Shown: positions 56,556 through 64,000 of the stretch, piece after piece | How the letters are laid out: every line of letters begins with the position of its first letter | Position numbering within the stretch: position 1 is the stretch's first letter | Origin: Candidatus Spyradenecus sp. | GTDB lineage: Bacteria > Verrucomicrobiota > Kiritimatiellia > RFP12 > DVOR01 | Direction: 5' to 3' | Assembly (NCBI GenBank): GCA_045613865.1 | Contig: JAZLBT010000020.1 | Span: 10,661-74,660 of the forward strand | DNA: 64,000 bases | Position numbers and translations under genes: made by a program | The notes under the pieces: generated by a model | Seen by the model: the letters and a program-made list of their open reading frames with translations, nothing else | Told to the model about the DNA's origin: nothing | Database searches by the model: none

Positions 56556-58646
56556 TTATTCAACTGCAGAAAGAAACTCTATCGCCTCAGCAATCTGCAT
56601 CTCATTACCACAAATCAACACGTGATCCCCTGGCTTCAATCGCGTCTCACCGCCCGGCGAAAACTTCAACGTTGATGTCCGCGACTGCACCGAAATCAAT
56701 GATGCCCCCGTCCGCTGACGCACATTCAACTCTGCCAACGTCTTCTGGCAACAGATTGCATCATGCGGCACCACCCACTCTTCCGTATGCACTGACAACA
56801 AATAACGCAACGTTGAATCCGTCGGCACCGCATCTGGCACATTCACATCGAACGCGCGCGCAATCACCTTATGATGCTGTTGATACGTCTGGCGCATCCG
56901 CTTCGAATACCGCATCTGAAATGCCAACGCCACAATCAACACTGGCGCCACCATCCACACATTCACCACAAACGGCATCGAAATCATCACCGCAAAAATA
57001 CCCAATGCCACCGCATTTATCCACGTCAAAATAAGACGAATAAACCGACGAATAAACTGATAGTCCCGCTGCGAGAAAAACAACATCGGAATCGCATTGG
57101 CAATATTCGTCGCCAAATCACGCAAAATATGCTGAATGGCCCAAAACGGCACGAGCGACACCAAAAACGCACACATCAAACATAATAATCCACCCCATGG
57201 AATATGCACCGAAAACGGCTGCCAAAAATACTCCACTGGCTCCAAAATAGCCTTCACCACTGGCAACGTCGAGGCAACGTAAACAATCGTGAACAAAATC
57301 ACCACCGCAATCGAATTCACCATCAACAACAACAAATTCGTCCGCAACCACGCATTCTTCGGTTGTCCCGCATCACGACTCTGCATCTGCGTAATCAATC
57401 GACGATACGCAAACAACGCATGCCGTAACCGCTGTGGCATCGTCCAACGCAATGCCCCACAAATCTGTGGCGAATAACGCAACAAATATGGACACGTCGC
57501 TGTACAAATCAATGCCACACCAACCGCAATCTGGAAGAGCGGCCGCTCTGTCATGTGCAACTCCATCCCTAACGTCGCAATAATAAACGCGAACTCCGCC
57601 ACCTGCCCCAACGCAAGCCCCGTGCGAAACGCATCTGTCGGGCTCTCTCCCAACAACGTCGACGCCAAGAACCCATTCGCCAATTTCAACACAATCATCC
57701 CCACCGACACAAAAAGCACCGTTCCGATATTCTCCCAAATCACCAGTGGCTCAACCATCAACCCCACCGATACAAAGAAGACTGCCGCAAACAACTGCGA
57801 CACTGGCTTCACAATGCGCTCCAAACGCGCCCGCGAGTGAACATACGATAAAATCGTCCCCGCCAAAAACGCGCCCACCACCAACGACAATCCAAGCACA
57901 TTCTGCGCCAAATACGAAATCCCAAAACAGATGCCCAATGCCGTCATCAACACAATCTCATCGCCGAAACTCCGCGACACAAAATTGAGCAATCGCGGTG
58001 CTAGCCCAATTCCAAAAATTGTCACCCCGACAAGGAATAACACCATCACACCCATCTGACGACCAATCACCATCGCCGTCGCCCACCAATCACCATTCCC
58101 CTCGCCCGTATTCGCGCCAACACCATACAGCACAGCAATTAACAAAATCGACAAAATATCCTCAACCACCGCAATCGCAAACGCATTTGAAGCAAAACGT
58201 TCCTTCACCAACCCCAACTCTTCCAAGGTCTTTGCAGCAATCGATGTTGAACTGTTACAAATCACCAAACCCAAGAGAAAACACTCCAAATTCCCCCATC
58301 CGAGCACCTTTCCCATAAAAAAGCCGCCCACAATCATCAGCCCCACATCCCAAAACGCAGGCAACGTCACTGTCATCCCACGCGAACGCAACTGCCGGAA
58401 ACTAAAACCAAGGCCAATCGAAAACATGAGGAACATCACCCCCAAGTCCGACAACATCTTAATATTCTCTTGATTATTGATAAGAGCAGGTCCAATCGTT
58501 GGCCCCACAATCACACCCGCCAAAATATACCCCACCGTCAGTGGCAAATTAAAACGTGAAAAGACCAATGCAACAATCGACACCACAACAATCACAATAC
58601 TCAAATCGGTAAAAAACGTCATTGGTTGCCACCTCTCAAAAATCAA
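56556..58646 (-). CDS. CPA2-family cation:proton antiporter (Kef-type) with extra TM segments and a C-terminal RCK_C (TrkA-C) domain
   Basis: 696 aa. The N-terminal ~400 aa form a Na+/H+ exchanger fold, followed by additional TM helices. The last ~80 aa (LAELNVRQRTGASLISVQ...GDHVLICG) are TrkA-C-like. Confidence 0.78.
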   Translation of the reverse strand: MIFERWQPMTFFTDLSIVIVVVSIVALVFSRFNLPLTVGYILAGVIVGPTIGPALINNQENIKMLSDLGVMFLMFSIGLGFSFRQLRSRGMTVTLPAFWDVGLMIVGGFFMGKVLGWGNLECFLLGLVICNSSTSIAAKTLEELGLVKERFASNAFAIAVVEDILSILLIAVLYGVGANTGEGNGDWWATAMVIGRQMGVMVLFLVGVTIFGIGLAPRLLNFVSRSFGDEIVLMTALGICFGISYLAQNVLGLSLVVGAFLAGTILSYVHSRARLERIVKPVSQLFAAVFFVSVGLMVEPLVIWENIGTVLFVSVGMIVLKLANGFLASTLLGESPTDAFRTGLALGQVAEFAFIIATLGMELHMTERPLFQIAVGVALICTATCPYLLRYSPQICGALRWTMPQRLRHALFAYRRLITQMQSRDAGQPKNAWLRTNLLLLMVNSIAVVILFTIVYVASTLPVVKAILEPVEYFWQPFSVHIPWGGLLCLMCAFLVSLVPFWAIQHILRDLATNIANAIPMLFFSQRDYQFIRRFIRLILTWINAVALGIFAVMISMPFVVNVWMVAPVLIVALAFQMRYSKRMRQTYQQHHKVIARAFDVNVPDAVPTDSTLRYLLSVHTEEWVVPHDAICCQKTLAELNVRQRTGASLISVQSRTSTLKFSPGGETRLKPGDHVLICGNEMQIAEAIEFLSAVE

Positions 58647-58779
58647 AAATAAAAAGCAAAATCTTTCATATTATAACGTTTTTAAAACCCCTCCGTCAAT
58701 CACAAAAACTACAATAAAACAACTTCAAACACACACAAACGCAGCGACATCTGAGTAATTTGAATACCATCATAACAGC

Positions 58780-58985
58780 CTCTCCCTCATTGATAGTGGC
58801 CCTACTAGCGCTGGAGACGAGAGTGGCGCTCGCCCCCGCAAGTCTAACGACGATTGAGCAATTAGAGTGCTAATCTCCGTTGTGCTTCTCGGTTGTTCCG
58901 TCAGCCAAGCACATCCTGTAGGAGGACAAAGCCACCTACCGAGTGTGTACAATGCCTCCTCCAATCACACAGTGCACCCTCAAAA
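58780..58985. ncRNA. Unassigned GC-rich, stem-rich element (candidate structured ncRNA, or 5' leader of the CPA2 antiporter gene)
   Basis: There are several compact hairpins: GTGCTT/AAGCAC (58882-87 / 58907-12), GGAGGA/TCCTCC (58921-26 / 58956-61) and ATTAG/CTAAT (58861-65 / 58870-74). A possible long-range pairing joins 58781-89 to 58990-98. The surrounding spacer is AT-rich. I could not match a known RNA family. Confidence 0.3.
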
Positions 58986-59019
58986 ACACTGAGGGAGGTC
59001 TTATTCAAACCTCCCTCAG
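58982..59019 (-). terminator. Rho-independent terminator of the giant surface-protein gene
   Basis: On the minus strand, CTGAGGGAGG-(11-nt loop)-CCTCCCTCAG is followed by TGTTTTT. It lies 54 nt past the stop at 59073. Confidence 0.75.
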
Positions 59020-59072
59020 TCATTGTAACGCCCGCAAGCGTCCTCAAGCAAAAACAACGTCGTTCGCAAAGA

Positions 59073-62000
59073 TCAATCTCGAACAGCTTTCACGGTGAGC
59101 GACGTTGTGCCAAGCGGAAAATCCTCTTCCGTATACGCAATGGCATAGAAGCGCTTCCCTGGCTTCCGTTGCGCTGTCGTTGGCGGCGCCAACGTTGTCG
59201 CATCAAAACTTACCAACTCGATCGCATCAATCTCCTGAGGGTTCGCTTGAGAGCCCAATTGATAAGAATAGAACTTAAGGGTTGTTCCCAATTGGAAATC
59301 AGCAATATTCTGCGCGCCCAAGATCTCTTCACCAAAACGATCGGCAAGCGCATTCCTCACCTCAACTTGAAGGATGATATATGCTTGACCTTCAATCTCA
59401 CGCAGCCCGATTGTAGAGATACCAAGTTCATAAGCCATAAGGAGCGAGGTCTCATCGGCAACATATTCCCCATCAGGATCCGCATCAAACGTCCAAATAT
59501 TCGAGAAACATTGGAACGCATCCCCAATTTCCTTCGCATTCAAACGATATTCACCAGCTTGCGTATAGCCCAACGTTGACTGAAGGCCTGCCACCGAATA
59601 GTTTTGATAATACTGAATAAAGGTATTTTCAATCGAAGACGCAAAGGTATTCCCTTCAGCCGTTGTTGGAGACGCTGGCACGGGCACCCCTGGACGTTGC
59701 ACCCAATAGTGCGACTGACACACCTTGGGAAATTCGCCAGCCGTATGATTAATACGCACATCCCAACGTCCTCCCTCGCCCGTTGCATAGAAACGACGAC
59801 GTACCTCGGGGCGCGCACTATCTGCAATCATGTGGAAGAGAATCGTACCATTTGCCGTAGACTCGGGAAGCTCAACCGTAATATCATTCGCTGTACTACC
59901 ATCAACAACAAAACGTTGCACGGTCATGCCAACACAATCACGAAGAATTGCGTCTTCATTCAAACGCACGGTGCCCGCAATGGTTCCCGTACCTGAAAGC
60001 ACTTGACCGCCCTTAATGCACGCAATCACATCTTCCTTATTGGCATACTGATTGGGTTCCAAGGAGGCGCCTGCAGCAACATACAAGCCGGCATGACCAA
60101 TGGCAGCAGTATCATGATCGTCATTATTGAGTGCTTCAGAGGTAAAGGAGGTCGTGCCCACACGAAGCGTACCCGCATCCACGCGCACAGGACCTGTCGC
60201 AGAGGGCGTTGTTATCGCACGAAACGCCATAATGCCCGTCCCCGTCTTGGTCAAACCAACATTTCCCCCTTGGATATCTGCCGTATAGCAAATCCAACGT
60301 TCATTATCATCCGAGCGAAGTGTTAAAACAACAGGCGTATTCACGCTTTCAGGACCAATAATGGCATTGGCAGTAAAGTTACAACGATGCAAATTCGATG
60401 CACCATCTGCTTGTCCATAACCATGAAGCGTTGCATTCCCCTCAAGGATAACATTATCCGAGAAGACAACGCCATTCACATCTTCATCCTCGCCTGCCGC
60501 ATGGAAGGCAAAGGTGGCATTATTCTTCAAGCGGAGCGACTTCGCCCAAAGGTGTTTATTCTCTTGCGTCTGTTCCAAGCGTGCACCCTCAGCAATAACT
60601 AACGAAGTATTACGAAGTTCAAAGACTTCATCAATCTTATTCTCTGTGCCATGCGCTTCCAACGTTGCGATCGAATCCTGCGTCATGGGTCGCGTCCAAC
60701 GACGATTCTTAAATGCGTAGGTCCCCGTGGTGTGACCATGCAAGAGCGCCTCATCATTAAACAATAATGCCGGCTGAGCACCCAAATCTTCCAATCGCAC
60801 AAAGGTAATAAGCTGCTTGGAGAGTTGCAAATAGGCATCGGTATTGCCGACCAACTTCAAAACAGGCGCTTCGGCATTCGCGTTAGGCTCCACGTGAAGC
60901 GTAGCGATGCCCGTACGCGCGCTATCCATGGTCAACGTATGCTCGCCCTTTACGCGAATCTGGAATGCGATGGCCGTCTGTATATCATTCGGAGTAGCAG
61001 GCTTTGGCTCTGGCGACACATTTTGATCGCCGGCATAACCATAACGATACCATGCGGCACTCGAAAAGTCCGTCGTCGAGGGATTCTCAGCAGAGAGATT
61101 CAAATAGAGACGTCCAGGAATCTGCAAGATCTTTGCAAAAAGACCCGAGGTGCGACCTTCATTATTCGTCTCTTCGCCATAACGCGTCTCTGTGACATCG
61201 GTAATGTACCAATTTGCGCCTTCTACAAAGGTGGGCACCCAGACATTATCAGAAACCTGACCGCCATCGAGAGTGCTATTTCCGCGAAGCAAACCATTAC
61301 CAATAATCGGCCCTGTCAATGCCACAATGCGCGATTCTTCCTCTTCAAATCCACGCAACAAGGAATAGTCCGCATGGATCTCAAGAATCGCCTGGTGGTG
61401 CGTCTGCTCTCCATCCCCCGTGCCAATCTCTTGGTCAATCCACGTACCCTCTGTCCATGCCACATTTTCCAATGACTCAATCGAGGGCGAATATTCCGTC
61501 CAGGTCGTACCCATGTTAGAGGTTTGCATTTCGCTCACTTGCGTGATAGAGCGCGTATCCACACGCACTTCCAGATAGGACTCTTGGTCCCCCGTCTCCG
61601 TCACCGCACCCACGAATGCCGTGCCCGTAGGCGAGAAGGTGGCAACGCCTGCCGATGGCGCAAAGACCGCCACATGCGAACCGCCCGATACGCCACGCGT
61701 CAATGTACGCGTCTGCGTCACGGTGCGCTTCTGCTTGTATTTTCGGTTCTCATACACCATCTTTGCGGTGCCAATGACAGGTTCTTCCACCACTTCCGTC
61801 GCGGTTTCTTCACCAGCCGCGGCACTGCGTTCACAATGCACGCCCAATGCACCAATCGCATCATCGTAAGTCTCATGCGCCGCATGATCATGAATGGCAT
61901 CACTTTGACCACCCGTAAAGTTAAGACTTCCATAACGATAGGAATTGTCACTTTCTCGTTCAGAGAACCATGCAGACGGCGTCACTGCCGTGCCATTTAA

Positions 62001-64000
62001 ATGAGCCGCTGTAATTTCTCCCCCCAAGGGGACCAATTTCAAGGTTGATGCGGCAGGTGTGCCATTTTCCACCAACGGCAAAACATTTAACATTGAATAG
62101 GTACGCGAGGCAGAGAGAAGACCTTCCGTAGGCAAGCGCTTTGTATTCACCTCAAGCGTCTGATCGCCCTTGACAAAGAGGCGGATTTCTGCACCTTCAG
62201 CGGGGCGTTCTTCACCTGTCGCTGAACGTATCCATGCGGTACCATTCCATGTTTCACGATACCACGGCATTGTCTCTTCCTCTTCCCAAAGGCCAGGGGT
62301 TGTCACATTACGCACGTAACGCACGTTACGATAAATCGCAGGAGACTCTACCGCCAAGGCCGCCATTGCTTCTGCGGTTAATGCACCCTTGTAGAAGCGG
62401 ATATAGTCTACCGAGCCGCCATCATCCTCGTTCACCGCGCCCAATTTCGCAAGGATTCCTTCGGCATTTGATTTGTCATCTAAGAGCTGGCCCACCTGAA
62501 GACCACCAGTTGCAAGACCACGCCAATTATCAGGCAAAGGATAGGTCGCAAGGAATTGACCATCCAAATAAACCGTCAACGCACTCCGGTCACAAACTGC
62601 AGAGAAGACGTGGGCGATATTAACAATATCTGCCACATGGGCCTCGGCCACCTTCTTCATACCCACGGGAATACCATCATCCCCCAAGGTGTCATCATTC
62701 TTATCAATGTGCCACAACACTAAATCTTGCGCCGTATCTCCTGTTGCAAGAATAAGTGCTTCACCAGGAGGCACCGCATCACCAACCCACCCACGCGCGG
62801 ATGAACCTAATGCCAAAATCGTGGTATTGGCTTTGTTTGGCGCAGTCAAGCGAATCGCCGCACTCCATTCATCGGGATAAACCAAATTGGACTCATGGCG
62901 TAATGCGATGTAGGGGCGATAATGTAATTTAATCCCTTGACTATAAGGGTTACGCGTTTCGGTAAAATACTTCGTTTGATCCAATTTATGGCCATAATTC
63001 GGAGAGCGGTCAGGATCGTGACCCACACGGAGATAGTTTACCAAGGCGCCATCCTGAGCCGTAAGCGTCCACCATCCGGAGTTATTTCCGTCGCCATTAA
63101 ATTCTGCATCCACCCATGCGCTATGCCCTGTAAAGTGTGGGAATTCCCATTCGAGGGTGTCATAAGCACCGTCTTCATTCGGCGTGATGACCCACGAACC
63201 TGTGGCGTGAGGCACCGTGATATTCGCATCGTTGTAATATTCAAAAACAACATTATTTGCCACCCATGTTGGGAGATGGCGTAATGTCAAAACGCCACCA
63301 TACGCACCCGACTCAATCAAAATCAACTTGGGCGGGGCCTGCTCATTAATCGTGTCTGGCCAGAGAATGGTCGCATCGGCAAATTGGTCCAAACGAATAC
63401 GCAACGTTTGTCCATTATCCACACGAATACGCGCATTCAACGTTGTTTCTGGCGTTTCTGCCACATCAATTATCGAAAAATCACTTTTCTTAAAAGCTAA
63501 CGTGCCTCGATAGTCTGACGTACGTGCGAGCGCGAGCACCTTTTCCACGCCTGTCGTGCCATTGTCACCTAAATGACCAAAGGTAATATCACTCTGAAGA
63601 CCCGAAAGGCGCTCAATGGTGACTTGCTGAGCATTGTCGGTAAGGGCTAACTCACCACAAAAATTCGTCAATTCTTGAACAACGACCTGACCCGAGAATT
63701 GAAGGAGACCCGCATTGAGACCAGTAATCGCATCAATCGTAAGACTGCTCGCCTGCGTTGCATCAATCACGGCGCTCTTTTCAACATTCCCCTCAACCTT
63801 TTTCTCAACAATGAGGCCACCGCCAATGGTGGATTCCGTACCAAAGGTAAAGGTAATATCTTCGCCAGCCGCTGTTAAACGGCCGCCATTGAGCGTCATC
63901 GAACGATGATTCGTTGGCAACATGTTAAAAGAATCTTTAACCACAAGTTCACCATCTTGACGCACGATGATTTGTGCAGAACCCGTCACATCACCATCGC
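59073..64000 (-). CDS. Giant secreted/surface protein, 3' part only (at least 1642 codons; the gene continues past the right edge)
   Basis: The frame is open to position 64000; the track start at 63989 is an internal GTG preceded in frame by D-G-D. It contains a LamG/concanavalin-like segment (..AHVFSAVCDRSALTVYLDGQFLATYPLP.., about 62400-62900). It also has a PATR-like autotransporter-associated beta-strand motif (GLTKTGTGIMAF...GPVRVDAGTLRVG). Confidence 0.7.
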   Translation of the reverse strand, partial: DGDVTGSAQIIVRQDGELVVKDSFNMLPTNHRSMTLNGGRLTAAGEDITFTFGTESTIGGGLIVEKKVEGNVEKSAVIDATQASSLTIDAITGLNAGLLQFSGQVVVQELTNFCGELALTDNAQQVTIERLSGLQSDITFGHLGDNGTTGVEKVLALARTSDYRGTLAFKKSDFSIIDVAETPETTLNARIRVDNGQTLRIRLDQFADATILWPDTINEQAPPKLILIESGAYGGVLTLRHLPTWVANNVVFEYYNDANITVPHATGSWVITPNEDGAYDTLEWEFPHFTGHSAWVDAEFNGDGNNSGWWTLTAQDGALVNYLRVGHDPDRSPNYGHKLDQTKYFTETRNPYSQGIKLHYRPYIALRHESNLVYPDEWSAAIRLTAPNKANTTILALGSSARGWVGDAVPPGEALILATGDTAQDLVLWHIDKNDDTLGDDGIPVGMKKVAEAHVADIVNIAHVFSAVCDRSALTVYLDGQFLATYPLPDNWRGLATGGLQVGQLLDDKSNAEGILAKLGAVNEDDGGSVDYIRFYKGALTAEAMAALAVESPAIYRNVRYVRNVTTPGLWEEEETMPWYRETWNGTAWIRSATGEERPAEGAEIRLFVKGDQTLEVNTKRLPTEGLLSASRTYSMLNVLPLVENGTPAASTLKLVPLGGEITAAHLNGTAVTPSAWFSERESDNSYRYGSLNFTGGQSDAIHDHAAHETYDDAIGALGVHCERSAAAGEETATEVVEEPVIGTAKMVYENRKYKQKRTVTQTRTLTRGVSGGSHVAVFAPSAGVATFSPTGTAFVGAVTETGDQESYLEVRVDTRSITQVSEMQTSNMGTTWTEYSPSIESLENVAWTEGTWIDQEIGTGDGEQTHHQAILEIHADYSLLRGFEEEESRIVALTGPIIGNGLLRGNSTLDGGQVSDNVWVPTFVEGANWYITDVTETRYGEETNNEGRTSGLFAKILQIPGRLYLNLSAENPSTTDFSSAAWYRYGYAGDQNVSPEPKPATPNDIQTAIAFQIRVKGEHTLTMDSARTGIATLHVEPNANAEAPVLKLVGNTDAYLQLSKQLITFVRLEDLGAQPALLFNDEALLHGHTTGTYAFKNRRWTRPMTQDSIATLEAHGTENKIDEVFELRNTSLVIAEGARLEQTQENKHLWAKSLRLKNNATFAFHAAGEDEDVNGVVFSDNVILEGNATLHGYGQADGASNLHRCNFTANAIIGPESVNTPVVLTLRSDDNERWICYTADIQGGNVGLTKTGTGIMAFRAITTPSATGPVRVDAGTLRVGTTSFTSEALNNDDHDTAAIGHAGLYVAAGASLEPNQYANKEDVIACIKGGQVLSGTGTIAGTVRLNEDAILRDCVGMTVQRFVVDGSTANDITVELPESTANGTILFHMIADSARPEVRRRFYATGEGGRWDVRINHTAGEFPKVCQSHYWVQRPGVPVPASPTTAEGNTFASSIENTFIQYYQNYSVAGLQSTLGYTQAGEYRLNAKEIGDAFQCFSNIWTFDADPDGEYVADETSLLMAYELGISTIGLREIEGQAYIILQVEVRNALADRFGEEILGAQNIADFQLGTTLKFYSYQLGSQANPQEIDAIELVSFDATTLAPPTTAQRKPGKRFYAIAYTEEDFPLGTTSLTVKAVRD

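Noticed and set aside
54202-58646. Apparent GC-rich, C-over-G skewed block (hrpB and the antiporter gene) as a possible horizontally acquired island.
   Set aside because: My GC estimate comes from a handful of 60-nt lines (about 57-70% in hrpB, about 47% in the antiporter). There are no mobility genes, tRNA or repeats at the borders. Both genes are ordinary chromosomal functions. The skew is explained by coding-strand amino-acid bias (Arg/Ala/Leu/Gly/Val).
58861-58874. CIRCE heat-shock operator (GAGTGCTAA present).
   Set aside because: Only the right half-site is present. The sequence 9 nt upstream is not TTAGCACTC. The match is part of a local ATTAG/CTAAT hairpin and is not next to chaperone genes.
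58780-58985. Assignment of the structured island to a specific family (cobalamin, c-di-AMP/ydaO, FMN, glycine or SAM riboswitch, SRP, RNase P, tmRNA, 6S).
   Set aside because: I saw only short partial resemblances: GCCACTC versus the B12 box, CCGTCAGCCAAGC versus the ydaO 3' motif, and GCGGGGGC. None of the full conserved cores is present, so the element is reported only as unassigned.

Overview
This 64-kb bacterial chromosomal segment carries about 52 protein genes. Roughly 85% are on the minus strand, and many neighbours are separated by 1-14 nt or overlap, so much of it is operonic. The content is almost all core housekeeping.

Genes recognised:
- Cell division: a truncated dcw head (mraZ-rsmH-ftsL-like-ftsI).
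- Chaperones: a dnaK-groES-groEL block.
- Translation and RNA: cca, tsaE, rsmE, an RluA-family synthase, ybeY, alaS, metG.
- Metabolism and cofactors: guaA, nadA, an Nfu-like protein, rpe, pta, panD, panC, folC, a Gfo/Idh/MocA oxidoreductase.
- DNA: dprA, uvrC, hrpB.
- Transport: MATE, MFS, ABC and CPA2 transporters.
- Other: a tricorn-like protease, a biotin carboxyltransferase, a Tat-signal [FeFe]-hydrogenase, a GH16 glycosidase, and the 3' 4.9 kb of a giant surface-protein gene that runs off the right edge.

I found no rRNA, tRNA, CRISPR array, transposase, integrase or recognisable phage or defence cassette.

The gene content suggests an anaerobic PVC-type organism (Lentisphaerota, Verrucomicrobiota or Kiritimatiellota). 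The pointers are the Tat [FeFe]-hydrogenase, the giant LamG/PATR-like protein, the GspG-like domain protein and a Sel1 remnant. This is inference only.

I see no clear-cut novel multi-gene system. The features most worth a second look are:
1. A family of 22-bp phased iteron-like repeats fused to about 246-bp TIR-bounded elements. They fill two unusually long gene-free spacers (9.55-10.98 kb and 32.94-33.70 kb).
2. A translationally coupled VWA / coiled-coil NYN nuclease / KamA radical-SAM / secreted thioredoxin-like cluster.
3. A roughly 200-nt GC-rich, stem-rich island in the leader of the CPA2 antiporter gene.
4. Several atypical housekeeping architectures: an RpiB-SHMT fusion, GuaA with a vestigial amidotransferase domain, and a short AlaRS.
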